From an uncultured bacterium (lineage in GTDB: Bacteria > Chlamydiota > Chlamydiia > Chlamydiales > SM23-39): a stretch of 64,000 nt of DNA. The notes beneath the pieces were generated by a model. It did not search any database and had not been told where the DNA came from. It saw only the letters and a program-made list of their open reading frames with translations. The translations under genes and the position numbers were made by a program. Below, in pieces: positions 21,762 to 31,470 of this stretch; positions within the stretch are counted from its first letter, which is position 1; the number at the start of each line of letters is the position of its first letter. The stretch covers positions 320,001 through 384,000 of the forward strand of contig OY970323.1 in NCBI GenBank assembly GCA_963716985.1, given 5' to 3'.

Positions 21762-21871
21762 TCAACTACCCGCGTCTAAAGGCGAAAGAAGGAATCGATT
21801 TTTTCAACATATGCGCACATTTTCCTCCCCCAGCTGAAGCAGGGGGACTCCAATGTGCGCATATGTTGAAA
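21761..21871. repeat. IS200/IS605-type end remnant with 20-bp perfect inverted repeat
   Basis: TCAACTACCC..CTAAAGGCG and TTCCTCCCCCAGCTGAAGCAGGGGGACTCC; arms 21802-21821 and 21852-21871. Confidence 0.55.
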
Positions 21872-22140
21872 GTCGCTAACTTCGAAACCGGATAGCCGAA
21901 CATCTTCGAAATTGATATAAAGATTTGTATCCTTAGCCAGGCCCTGATTTTGGCGCAGTTGGATCTGTTGAAAAGCGGCCCATGTTTTCCCCGAACGGCG
22001 CATTCCCATAAGAACCCATGCTTTTTTTACATCCGGGTGGTGTTTGGGAGGGGAAATATCGCGCAAAATGAGCTTTGCAGGCTTCTTTCCCGGAACTCTA
22101 AAATGATGGAACGGAGGAGCTGCTTAATATTGTCTTTCAT
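21860..22140 (-). pseudogene. AAA_14/DUF4143-type ATPase, frameshifted N-terminal fragment
   Basis: MKDNIKQLL..., Walker A GMRRSGKT, YINFED; breaks off at the hairpin element. Confidence 0.75.
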
Positions 22141-22239
22141 ACAAAGACAGTTACAGCATAGATTGTCTTTCTCAGAAAGACAATATTCACGCTAACAGTA
22201 TAACGCCCTTTAAATCTGAGCGTTGCGCAATTTTTTGTT

Positions 22240-22302
22240 GCTCTTTGCCTCTTGATTTCAAAAGCTGCCATGGCATAGACGCGAGGCAAAGTTGATCGAG
22301 TT
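22240..22302. repeat. Degenerate copy of the TrmH gene 3' region
   Basis: Matches about 25048-25101 and 25543-25603 (ATTTCAAAAGCTGCCATGGCATAG...). Confidence 0.85.
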
Positions 22303-22348
22303 TCTAGCGAATATCATGCTAAACTGGTGTAAAAAAACAAATGTCTTT

Positions 22349-22825
22349 TTATCGCCACCTCAACCAGCTTTTCTTTGGGGGCGGATGTGAAATTTTCCAA
22401 GCACTATAGCCGCCATAGGATAAAAGATAGAGGCCTCCTGAGAGAGCCAACACGAATCCACCCTGAAGCGATCCTTTACATATAGTAGGAGATTGAAAGT
22501 TTATACATTTTTGCACAGCCCAAAGCATGCTGAGTCCCGCAATTATACTCAGAAACCCTCCGGCCATATTTGCAATTGCTGCTGCTACATCTGTTACTAC
22601 ATCGAGGACATTATTTGCTTTGGTTACTGTTGGGTGGATTACAGTAACTACAGCATATACTGTTGTGACAACGCCTGCTGCCCAATAAGGTGCCGCTGCA
22701 TAAGGAATAAACCAAGAGGCAATACCTCCTGCTATTACTGGGATTGCTCCTTTTAAAGCCAGATCCAAAACATATTTTGCACCTGACTTGAAGTCTTCTC
22801 CTACCATTCCAGATGAGGTACACAT
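22349..22825 (-). CDS. Small multi-TM protein, family A (C-terminal PPKKSW motif), Inc-like
   Basis: Paralog of 39226 and 39804; about 4 hydrophobic segments; RBS GGAG. Confidence 0.8.
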   Translation of the reverse strand: MCTSSGMVGEDFKSGAKYVLDLALKGAIPVIAGGIASWFIPYAAAPYWAAGVVTTVYAVVTVIHPTVTKANNVLDVVTDVAAAIANMAGGFLSIIAGLSMLWAVQKCINFQSPTICKGSLQGGFVLALSGGLYLLSYGGYSAWKISHPPPKKSWLRWR

Positions 22826-22892
22826 TTTTTCTGACTCCTTTTTTGGTTAAAAACATTAAACATTGTGCGCAAAGAATGACTATTTCTCAAAT

Positions 22893-24586
22893 GAGTGTGT
22901 TCGATTTGACTTCTATCCCCATTCCGTTATCCATCATAGGGAAAATTTTTCCTTTCTTATAAAAAATATTTTACTTTAAAGCTAAAATTTTGCATAACAT
23001 TTGCGTAACTTGCATATGTTATGGAGATTTTTTCCTGGAACTGCATCATATTGAGACCAAAATTGGATCTTCTGGTAACTTGTTGTGCGTTTTGAAAAAA
23101 CATTTGAGCACAATCAGAGAGGATTCCTTGCATAAGACCGAGAACACCATTTATGCAACAATATTAGAAATGGGTAAAAAGATCTTACAGGAGCATTTAG
23201 ATTCCCTCCAGGACACACCAAATGACTGTGCGTATAACACCCAAGGAGCACAACTTCCATTTAAAGCGGAATCAGAAAGAGAGTATTTGTCAATTTTTGG
23301 CCCTGTTAAGATCAAACGCGCTTATTATTGGAAAAAAGGATCTGGAGAAGGACTGTGTCCTTTGGATCATCAGCTGAATCTGCCGGAAGGAAAGTTTTCT
23401 TACGCTTTACAAGACATGACCCTTAAGCTGATCGCTTCTCAGCCGTATCGCGAAGCTTTATCCACAATCGACAAAATTTTCGGAATCTGTCTATGGCCAG
23501 AAGCAATCCAGTCTATGGTTATGAGAGCAGCAGCTTATGTTCATAGCTTCTATAAAGGAATCAAAAAATTTGAAGATACAGAAGGTTCGGTTATAGCAGT
23601 GACAATGGATTGCAAAGGCATTCCCATGGTTCCGGAAGAAAGATCTCCTAATAAAGAACCAAAACAGAAAAAAGTACGCAGAGAAAAGGGCGATAAAAGG
23701 AAAGGGCTACGAAGAGATGCAGTGGTGACTTCTCATTTTACATTTCACCCCGAATCTCGTACGCCCCAGGAGATGCAAAAAAGCCTTATGCATTGGCATA
23801 CAGATCGAGAACAAGCGGAGTATGCCGATCACAAGAAAGAAAGACGGGAAGCAGGAAAATTGGAGCCAAGAGAACCTATTAACAAAGAAGTTCATGCTGT
23901 GATGGATGGCAAAGAAAAAGCCTTTGAAAGACTTGCCGATCAGATATTACACAGAAATCCCGCGCAGGATAAAAAAATGATCGTGTTGATCGATGGAGCC
24001 TCGGCACTTGAGAATCGCTTTAAAGAAGAGATGACAAAAAGAAAATGGAAGCATCGCGTTGATGCTTATATTTTAGATATTTTTCATGCTACTGAGTATT
24101 TGTGGGAAAGCGGAACCGCCTTATATGGGGAGAAAGATCAAAGAAGACAGCAATGGGTTGCTGACAAGCTGCTTGCGATTTTAGAGGGAAAAGTTGGGTA
24201 TGTCGTAGGGGCCATGAGACAAATTCTTAAGAAAAACAAGCGTGGTCTGAAAGAGAGCCAGAAGTCGATGCTGCAAAAAGTGATCACATATTTAAGCAAT
24301 CACAAGCACATGATGAAATATGACGAGTACTTAAAAAAGGGATATCCGATCGGCACAGGTGTTGTTGAGGGCGCTTGTGGCAGCCTCGTAAAAAACAGAA
24401 CCGATCGGTCTGGCATGAAGTGGACGCATGAAGGAGTACAGGCAATTCTAAATTTACGTGCGGTTAATCAGAACGGGGATTGGGATAAATATTTTGAATA
24501 TTATATCGAGATGGAGCGGCAAAGATTATATCGAACCATCAATGCATCATAAGATTCGGTTTTTTGAAGTCAAATCGAACACACTC
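22893..24586 (+). mobile_element. ISKra4-family IS, apparently intact
   Basis: 21-bp perfect TIR GAGTGTGTTCGATTTGACTTC; 9-bp TSD TTCTCAAAT (22884-22892, 24587-24595). Confidence 0.93.
22990..24552 (+). CDS. ISKra4-family transposase
   Basis: MDCKG, LIDGA, DIFHATEYLW, PIGTGVVEGAC...SGMKW; start uncertain. Confidence 0.9.
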   Translation: MHNICVTCICYGDFFLELHHIETKIGSSGNLLCVLKKHLSTIREDSLHKTENTIYATILEMGKKILQEHLDSLQDTPNDCAYNTQGAQLPFKAESEREYLSIFGPVKIKRAYYWKKGSGEGLCPLDHQLNLPEGKFSYALQDMTLKLIASQPYREALSTIDKIFGICLWPEAIQSMVMRAAAYVHSFYKGIKKFEDTEGSVIAVTMDCKGIPMVPEERSPNKEPKQKKVRREKGDKRKGLRRDAVVTSHFTFHPESRTPQEMQKSLMHWHTDREQAEYADHKKERREAGKLEPREPINKEVHAVMDGKEKAFERLADQILHRNPAQDKKMIVLIDGASALENRFKEEMTKRKWKHRVDAYILDIFHATEYLWESGTALYGEKDQRRQQWVADKLLAILEGKVGYVVGAMRQILKKNKRGLKESQKSMLQKVITYLSNHKHMMKYDEYLKKGYPIGTGVVEGACGSLVKNRTDRSGMKWTHEGVQAILNLRAVNQNGDWDKYFEYYIEMERQRLYRTINAS

Positions 24587-24690
24587 TTCTCAAATAATAA
24601 ATCGATTCTTCTGGAAAAGAGCCTATTTCCTTGCATTATATGGTCAGAATTTTGTAACCTCATTTTCTTAAAAAAAATGTGGAGGTTCCA

Positions 24691-24981
24691 ATGTCCAATT
24701 TATCCATTTTTTCACCTTTCAAGGTTGCTTCAGAGGTGGCTTGTTTTTGCTGGGGCAGTTCAACAAAGCAAGAGCCTTTTCTAGAAACCTTAAGAAAAAC
24801 TTTTGGCGTCATGTTGAAAGCTATGGCGCTGATTGGATCGATCTTTACCATGGCAGTAAGCCTGGCATTTTTAGCTAGCGGAGCGGTAACTTCTGGGATG
24901 GTGGGAGCCTATTTGGCTGCTCTTTTAACGGGCTGTTTCCTATACGCCATATACTTTACGTTTGTGCAGAGAAATCAATAG
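24691..24981 (+). CDS. Small membrane protein, family B (bilobed hydrophobic, Inc-like), copy 1
   Basis: RBS GGAGG; MSNLSIFSP...; hydrophobic hairpin of about 50 aa. Confidence 0.8.
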   Translation: MSNLSIFSPFKVASEVACFCWGSSTKQEPFLETLRKTFGVMLKAMALIGSIFTMAVSLAFLASGAVTSGMVGAYLAALLTGCFLYAIYFTFVQRNQ

Positions 24982-25185
24982 CTGATCTGAAGTTGAGATC
25001 TCGTTTAAGGCTTCCCTGACGATCATAAGAGGTCGTTTAGGGGGAGAGCTCTTTGTCTTCTGATTTCAAAAGCTGTCATGGCATAGGCGCGAGGCAACGT
25101 TGTCTGGAAAAGAGCCTATTTCCTTGCATTATATGAACAGAATTTTGTAACCTCATTTTCTTAAAAAAAAATGTGGAGGTTCCAA

Positions 25186-25476
25186 ATGTCCAATTTATCC
25201 GTTTTTTCACCTTCCAAGATTGCTTCGGAAGTAGCTTTTTTTTGCTGGGGCAGCTCAACAAAGCAAGAGCCTTTTTTAGAAACCTTAAGAAAAACTTATG
25301 TCGCCGTGTTGAAAGTTATGGCGATGCTTGGATCGCTCTTTACCACGGCAGTATGCGGTGCGTTTCTAGCCAGCGGAGCGGTAACTTCTGGAATGGTAGG
25401 TGTCCATTTGGTCGCACTTTTAGCGATCTGTGTCCTATACACCATATACTTTACGTTTGTGCAGAGAAATCAATAA
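25186..25476 (+). CDS. Small membrane protein, family B, copy 2
   Basis: Tandem paralog of 24691, same length. Confidence 0.8.
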   Translation: MSNLSVFSPSKIASEVAFFCWGSSTKQEPFLETLRKTYVAVLKVMAMLGSLFTTAVCGAFLASGAVTSGMVGVHLVALLAICVLYTIYFTFVQRNQ

Positions 25477-25499
25477 CTGATCTGAAGTTGAGATCTCGT

Positions 25500-26270
25500 T
25501 TAAGGCTTCCCTGACGATTGTAAGAGGTCGTTTAGGGGGAGAGTTCTTTGTCTTCTAATTTCAAAAGCTGCCATGGCATAGGCGCAGGCAACGTTAATCG
25601 AGTTCTTGCATCCTTGCAGGGGAATTTCTAAAAGAGAGTCTACTTGTTGGAGAATCGAAGGATGGATGCCCATCTCCTCATTGCCGAGAATGAGGGTGAA
25701 TTCTTTGGGGAAAATAAAATCATGAAGAGAAAGGGCATTTTTGCCCGTATCAAGACCAATCCAGGGGCGGGGAAGGTTTTCAATTGATGCATTGGGAGTG
25801 GTGGGCACATAAGAAAAACTTCCCATCGAGGTCTTCATTACCTTCTCATTGTCGATGAAGGGAGTCTTTTCTGAAAAAAATACCGATCCTAAACGCAGAG
25901 CCTCCGTTGTACGAAGAATGCTTCCGACATTATAGGCGGAGCGAACGTGGTCGAGATAGATGCAAATGGATAGAGGCTCTTCTACTGCAAGACGCTCTTT
26001 GGATTTGAGGGGCGGTAAGAGATTGTACTCTTTGACGTCATAGCCGGAGGCGCGTAAATGTTCGTGATAAAGATCGGAAATGGCTTCTTGGGAAAAAGAG
26101 CAAGGAGATGGAACATGCATCCACTTGGTCATTTGTAGATAATGAGAGATGAGGGAGGTCTCCTCTTCTTTGTAGAGAATCTTTTCGTAGATTGCGCGTA
26201 AAATTTGCGCACACTTCTTATGTTGTTGTAGGAGGGGCAAAGAGAGAAATTTCTTCTCGGTAAATATCAT
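25500..26270 (-). CDS. TrmH/SpoU-family RNA methyltransferase
   Basis: LDHVRSAYNVGSILRT, LGNEEMG, IPLQGCKNSINVA. Confidence 0.93.
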   Translation of the reverse strand: MIFTEKKFLSLPLLQQHKKCAQILRAIYEKILYKEEETSLISHYLQMTKWMHVPSPCSFSQEAISDLYHEHLRASGYDVKEYNLLPPLKSKERLAVEEPLSICIYLDHVRSAYNVGSILRTTEALRLGSVFFSEKTPFIDNEKVMKTSMGSFSYVPTTPNASIENLPRPWIGLDTGKNALSLHDFIFPKEFTLILGNEEMGIHPSILQQVDSLLEIPLQGCKNSINVACAYAMAAFEIRRQRTLPLNDLLQSSGKP

Positions 26271-27850
26271 TTCTTTACATTGAGGTATTCGGACAAAGGG
26301 CCCTGGAAGAAGACAATTTTGTGATCGGATTCAAAGGAGATGATCTTATTGGCGACATTGCCTACAAGATCGCGGTCGTGGCTGGCAAAAAGAACGGTTC
26401 CCTTGAACTCTTCAAGCCCCCAAGCAAGTGCGGAAACTGCTTCTATGTCGAGATGGTTATTGGGCTCGTCGAGAATCAGGACGTTGGGCGTTGTGAGCAT
26501 GAGTCCGCCTAAAAGCAGCCGGGCCGTTTCCCCTCCGGAAAGAGCCTTTAACTCTTTGAAAGCATCGTCCCCTCCAAAGAGCATTTTGCCTAAAATTCCG
26601 CGAATCTCTTGATCCATGATCTTTTCTCGACGAGATTTGAGCCAGTCAAAGAGGGTAACTCCTGGTTTTTTTTCGAGAACGTCGCTGTGGTTTTGGGGAA
26701 AATAACCAATCTCTACGTTATGTCCCTTGGAGATTTTTCCATTATCCGGATCCAGAACGCCTGCGAGCATTTTCAGAAGGGTTGTTTTTCCTCGTCCATT
26801 ATTGCCGATGATCGCAATTTTATCTCCGCGAAGAACGTCGCAGGAGAAGTCCACGATCACGGGTTTGTTCTGGTATCCTTTCGAAACCTTATCGAGGCGA
26901 AAAACGACTTGACCCGCCTGTTTTTCCGAAGAAATGATGCGGATGTAGGGACGTTGGATGTTGGATTTTTTGAGCTCTGAGGGCTGCAGTTTTTCAATCT
27001 CCCGAATGCGCGATTGGACTTGCGACGCCCTTGTTCCGGCTCCGAATTTGGAGACAAATTCTCTCAATTGCGCGACTTTCTTTTCTTTGCTTTTGTTTTC
27101 TTCTTCCGTGCGTGCGCGAACGGATGTTTTGGTGACGAGCATTTCATCATAGTTTCCGGGATAGGTGATGATGGTGTCATAATCGATGTCGGCGATATGC
27201 GTTGTGACCGCATTGAGAAAATGGCGATCATGGCTCACCACGATCAGAGTTCCCTTATATTTATGCAAAAACTCTTCGAGCCAGTGGATCGATTCCATGT
27301 CCAGGTGGTTGGTGGGCTCATCGAGAAGTAGAGCCTTGGGCTCTCCAAAAAGAGCCTGGCAGAGAAGAGCGCGGAATTGATGGTCTTGAGGGACGGAGAG
27401 CATTTTTTCGCGAAAAGAGTCCAAGGGAAGCCCCATGCCAGAGAGCAGCTCTTCAGCCTCTGATTCGGCAGAATAGCCGTTTTCTTCTGCGATGGTGCAT
27501 TCAAGCTCTCCGAGACGCATGCCGATCTCGTCGGTCATCTCGTGAAGTTCCAGCGATTCTTTTTCTTTTAACGCATCCCAAAGGCGCTTGTTGCCCATGA
27601 TGACGACGTCGAGAAGCGTGTCTTGTTGAAAAGCTTCGATATTTTGCTTCAAAAAACCGACTTTTTGGGGAAGGGAAATCGATCCGGTCGTTGCTTCTTC
27701 GAGCCCCATAATGATTTTTAATAGAGTCGATTTGCCCGAGCCGTTCGGACCCGTCAGGCCATATCGGTTGCCGTCATTGAAGGTCATCGTCACATCTTCA
27801 AAAAGGGTGCGTCCGCTAATCTTTTTTGAAATGTTGTTTAGGGTAATCAT
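26267..27850 (-). CDS. ABC-F family ATP-binding protein
   Basis: Two ABC domains (GPNGSGKST, GNNGRGKTT, LDEPTNHLD), no TM; start MITLNNISKK at 27850. Confidence 0.95.
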   Translation of the reverse strand: MITLNNISKKISGRTLFEDVTMTFNDGNRYGLTGPNGSGKSTLLKIIMGLEEATTGSISLPQKVGFLKQNIEAFQQDTLLDVVIMGNKRLWDALKEKESLELHEMTDEIGMRLGELECTIAEENGYSAESEAEELLSGMGLPLDSFREKMLSVPQDHQFRALLCQALFGEPKALLLDEPTNHLDMESIHWLEEFLHKYKGTLIVVSHDRHFLNAVTTHIADIDYDTIITYPGNYDEMLVTKTSVRARTEEENKSKEKKVAQLREFVSKFGAGTRASQVQSRIREIEKLQPSELKKSNIQRPYIRIISSEKQAGQVVFRLDKVSKGYQNKPVIVDFSCDVLRGDKIAIIGNNGRGKTTLLKMLAGVLDPDNGKISKGHNVEIGYFPQNHSDVLEKKPGVTLFDWLKSRREKIMDQEIRGILGKMLFGGDDAFKELKALSGGETARLLLGGLMLTTPNVLILDEPNNHLDIEAVSALAWGLEEFKGTVLFASHDRDLVGNVANKIISFESDHKIVFFQGPLSEYLNVKK

Positions 27851-27921
27851 GGGAATAAAAAATTGGTTTGCTTGAAGAATAGAGCCATTGTACCATAAGG
27901 AAAGATGCAAAACAAGAAGCG

Positions 27922-28863
27922 TTGGTGGATTTTTCTTCTCGGGTTCATTCTTTTTTAGAATATTTGCGCTTGGCCAGACAGGTCTCCGCGCATACTCTTC
28001 GGGCATATTCCATCGATTTGGAAGATTTTTTTGCGCATATGGCCAAGAAAGAAGAGGGTATTTCGATGGAAAAGATCGACAAGTGGCACATCCGCTCCTA
28101 CCTCTCTTTTCTTTATGATCAAAAGAAGAAAAATCGCACAATTTTGCGCCATCTCTCTTCTTTGCGCTCCTTTTTCAAATATCTGGTCAAAGAAAAGATA
28201 TTGGTTTGCAGCCCTCTGGATGACATCGAGGGGCCGAAAAGGGAGAAAAGGCTTCCGCTTTTTTTATCCTATCCACAGATTGAAAATCTCTTTTCCCGGC
28301 CCGATGTTACTACCTATTTAGGTCTTCGCGATCGCGCTATTATGGAGCTTTTTTATAGCTCGGGCCTGCGTCTAAGCGAGCTGGCCGCTTTGAACCGATT
28401 GGATTTGGACCGATCGCAGTTTTTGCTGAGAATTCAGGGGAAGGGAAAGAAAGAGCGTATCGTGCCCATCACGCAAAATGCAGCCAAATGGATCCTTTCC
28501 TATTTAGAGCATCCCGAACGCTTTTTGAAAACAAAAGCTCACGAAGCGCAAAAAGATGAAAGGGCCCTTTTCCTAAACAAATGGGGCACTCGCATGACCA
28601 CCCGCTCGATCGATCGCAATTTCAAACACTTTTTAAAAAAAAGCGGTCTTGCGGAAAAAATTACGCCCCACACCATTCGGCATACGATTGCGACTCATTG
28701 GCTAGAAAATGGAATGGATTTGAAGACGATACAGCTTCTTTTGGGACACAGCTCTCTTTCTACGACGACGATTTATACCCACGTTTCTTCCAAACTCAAG
28801 CGGGAGGTGTATGACAAGACCCATCCGCGCGCCAAAAAGTCTTTGGGTTTGCTGGAGAGTTGA
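27922..28863 (+). CDS. xerC: Tyrosine recombinase XerC
   Basis: HTLRAY, RDRAIMELFYSSGLR, GKGKKER, PHTIRH, LLGH...TTIY; chlamydial synteny. Confidence 0.88.
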   Translation: MVDFSSRVHSFLEYLRLARQVSAHTLRAYSIDLEDFFAHMAKKEEGISMEKIDKWHIRSYLSFLYDQKKKNRTILRHLSSLRSFFKYLVKEKILVCSPLDDIEGPKREKRLPLFLSYPQIENLFSRPDVTTYLGLRDRAIMELFYSSGLRLSELAALNRLDLDRSQFLLRIQGKGKKERIVPITQNAAKWILSYLEHPERFLKTKAHEAQKDERALFLNKWGTRMTTRSIDRNFKHFLKKSGLAEKITPHTIRHTIATHWLENGMDLKTIQLLLGHSSLSTTTIYTHVSSKLKREVYDKTHPRAKKSLGLLES

Positions 28864-28898
28864 GAGAGAGCTTCTTTTTTCTCGTGAGAAGAGAAATC

Positions 28899-28925
28899 AA
28901 AAAGCCTCTTCCGAAAAGAAGAGGC
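28899..28925. terminator. Hairpin between convergent genes
   Basis: GCCTCTTC-CGAAAA-GAAGAGGC preceded by an A-run. Confidence 0.45.
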
Positions 28926-28980
28926 CTCTTTCTGAAAAAACCTGATTTCATCCATCCTGATCGGATTGATGAATCTTCAG

Positions 28981-29481
28981 TTACGAAACCCTGCACTGAA
29001 CCGAAGGCATGTTTGCCCAGAGGGATCGTATTGCTTTCAAGAAAGCAGGACCCTGCTTTACAAGAAGAGTTTCCACACCAATCACGAAACAATGACCGAC
29101 GACGACTCCTAATGCGGAGGACAGAAAGGAACCTGAACTTCGATTGTGGTAGGCGGTAACAGATTCTGCTTGTTCTTTTGCCCAAGGAGTGATCACGCGG
29201 TTATAGAGAGCTTTAATACCATAATGAGCACCAAGAGCAGCTCCTCCTGAAAGAAGAGATAATGCACCGATGTTTTCTGCTAGCCAGAAGCCAATTGGTT
29301 CCCAAAATATAAAGGTGGGGAGGGCGGCTGCATAAAGCGTTAAAGCTGTTGCGAAGATGGCGATTGCTGCCAGAGCAACTACGACGGGTTTTACTTTTTC
29401 TACAATATTTGGAAGATCTCTCTTGTCGAAAGAAACATTAAACAACGTAAAGTTTTTATCTACTGCTGAGAGTGTTGACAT
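28981..29481 (-). CDS. Hypothetical membrane protein (Inc-like)
   Basis: RBS GAGG; MSTLS start; long hydrophobic stretch. Confidence 0.7.
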   Translation of the reverse strand: MSTLSAVDKNFTLFNVSFDKRDLPNIVEKVKPVVVALAAIAIFATALTLYAAALPTFIFWEPIGFWLAENIGALSLLSGGAALGAHYGIKALYNRVITPWAKEQAESVTAYHNRSSGSFLSSALGVVVGHCFVIGVETLLVKQGPAFLKAIRSLWANMPSVQCRVS

Positions 29482-30001
29482 TATAACCTCGTTTAATTGT
29501 TGATTAGAAACGTGCGGAAATTATCCAACTCTCTCATGTTTTAATTCAATTTAAGCATTAATTTTATTTTGTAAAAATTGTTTATTAACAAATAAAGATT
29601 TTTCTAAGCAAATAAGGAGGGGAGGTAGAGAGATGCGTTCAGAGCGTTAGATTGCGATGAATAATGTCCAAATTTCTTTATAATTCGGACAAAAACCTTG
29701 AAAAATGTCCAAAAAACAGACAATTCGGACATAATTCGGACAAAAATCTTGAAGAGCACGGAAATTGCATGAAATTTTCCAGCCCTTGATTCTTAATTAT
29801 TTGTGTTTTTCAAACTGAGATCCAGTTGGGTTTGGAGATATGTTTGAAGAAGCACAAAATGTGCTTTTTGAGAGGAGAGCTTTTTACCTGTTCCACTATT
29901 CCACCAAACATATCCACAAGAAGTTGTTAAAGCAAAAAAAGCGTGAGAACTGATTGGCCAGCAGGATCTTGACCAGATTTTTTCTTTAAGAGAAAAAAAA
30001 T

Positions 30002-30344
30002 CCCGGGAGAGCGTTAAGCCGGATTCTGTCTTCGCCCGAAGGCGGAGGGTATCATTCCTCTAGGGAACCTGTTGCCAGATTCCTCAAGCGACCTACTCGA
30101 GCTATCGATGCGAAGAACATCTTAAGGCCCTTTTTGGTCTTGCTCCGGATAGGGTTTGCAACCTCTTGAGTTTCCTCAAGGAGGGTTGGGGTCAGCCAAC
30201 ATTTTCACTCGCAGCAAGGCCGCGACATGTTTTCTGTTGTACTTTCCGTAGCCTTGCGGCCCCCAGTCTTTCACTGGTATCCTCTTCTGTGGAGTCCAGA
30301 CTTTCCTCTGCTGAATTGCAGCAGCGATACCCTGCTTTCCCGGG
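30002..30344 (-). ncRNA. rnpB: RNase P RNA
   Basis: GAGGAAAGTCTGGACT near the 5' end, ACAGAATCCGGCTTA near the 3' end, P1 pairing CCCGGGAAAGC/GCTCTCCCGGG. Confidence 0.97.
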
Positions 30345-30356
30345 AAAAACTTGATT

Positions 30357-31121
30357 TCAAGTACCGGCCCTGCGGCGGCGGCGTTTGGTTGCCGCGGGCG
30401 TTCCGAGCAGATCTTCGCTTTCCGGCCAGAAAAGAATGCGAGAACAGTGTTCGCAAAAGATGAGCCTTTCTCCTTTGCGGACGAGGTTTTCATGTTGCGC
30501 AGTGAGCGAAATATGGCATCCGTTGCAGGTGCGGTTTTCAATAGGAACGACCACGCGGTCTCTTTTGTTGCCGAGAAGACGTTCGTAGATTTTGAGAGTT
30601 TCGGGATCTGCAGCGGGCAGTAATTGATCCCGTTTTGCTTTCAGATCCTTGCCTTCCGCATTGATCATTTGGATGGAAGAGCGGATTTCTTTTTCCAGCT
30701 GCAGGCTGCTTTCTTCCGAAGAAGCGAGGCTTTCCTTGATCTTTTGCAGAATCTCTTCTTCCATGTTTCTGCGGTCGATCAGATTGCTCGTTGCCTGTTC
30801 TGTGGCAAGCCGCTCTCTTTCTGCCGAAGACATCTCATGGGTGAGTGCATTGAACTCATCCACTTTTTTGATCGAGCTTTGCTGTGATTCGAGTTTTTTG
30901 ATGTGATCTTTGATCTCAAGGATTTTGTGTTCGTGGATTTGGATGTTTTTAGAAAGCTCGGTGATTTCCAGCTGTTTGGCTTCGAGCTGGTGCTTCAGAT
31001 CGTGGCGAAGGCTTTCAATATGCTGGAGTTCTCCCTGTCTTTCGCGTTTCAAACGCATCAGGCGGAGCATTTTCATGTCGAGTTCTTGAATCTCGAGAAA
31101 AATTGATAATATTTTGAGCAT
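30357..31121 (-). CDS. cdsZ: Coiled-coil plus C4 zinc-ribbon protein (CT398/CdsZ-like)
   Basis: IQELDMKMLRLMR, CNGC...CEHC; upstream of rnpB. Confidence 0.85.
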   Translation of the reverse strand: MLKILSIFLEIQELDMKMLRLMRLKRERQGELQHIESLRHDLKHQLEAKQLEITELSKNIQIHEHKILEIKDHIKKLESQQSSIKKVDEFNALTHEMSSAERERLATEQATSNLIDRRNMEEEILQKIKESLASSEESSLQLEKEIRSSIQMINAEGKDLKAKRDQLLPAADPETLKIYERLLGNKRDRVVVPIENRTCNGCHISLTAQHENLVRKGERLIFCEHCSRILFWPESEDLLGTPAATKRRRRRAGT

Positions 31122-31470
31122 TTTTCCTCAGGAAATGGTAGGACTTTGCAGGCAAGTGTATCTTTTTTAATGCTAATCATCAAGAAAAATTGAGGGGGCG
31201 GCTCAAAAGGATCCTCATTTCTTTCTCTCGAGTAGAAATGCCGTTTTTCTCCGGGTTTATAGGTTTTGCGAGCGCTTAGTAAAAAAGGAGGTGCAAAATA
31301 CGGCCTTTAAAATATTTTATTAGCAGGGCGCAATTTTTCATTTCAAAATCTTTTTTAGACTAAGAAAAGGTGTTTCAGTTGTGAAATATTTGGTTGGACG
31401 TTTTCAGTTTAGGCTGTTTCAAAAAGAGTTTCTTTTTTAGAATGCAAACGATCATCTCTTGGGGGTCTTT

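Larger units (their letters stand above)
24610..25595. repeat. Tandem duplication, unit of about 493 bp (upstream region + family B gene + TrmH 3' end)
   Basis: Units start TCTGGAAAAGAGCCTATTTCC at 24610 and 25103. Confidence 0.95.

Noticed and set aside
22240..25603. CRISPR or integron attC interpretation of the recurring repeat
   Set aside because: The repeat is coding sequence from TrmH, the spacing is 0.5-2.8 kb, and there are no cas or intI genes or attC boxes
27851..28141. N-terminal extension of the ABC-F ORF in the track
   Set aside because: Antisense to xerC; the ABC domain begins at 27850
27922..28863. Tyrosine recombinase as an island integrase
   Set aside because: Sequence and synteny fit housekeeping XerC
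30166..30354. Short ORFs in this interval
   Set aside because: They overlap RNase P RNA
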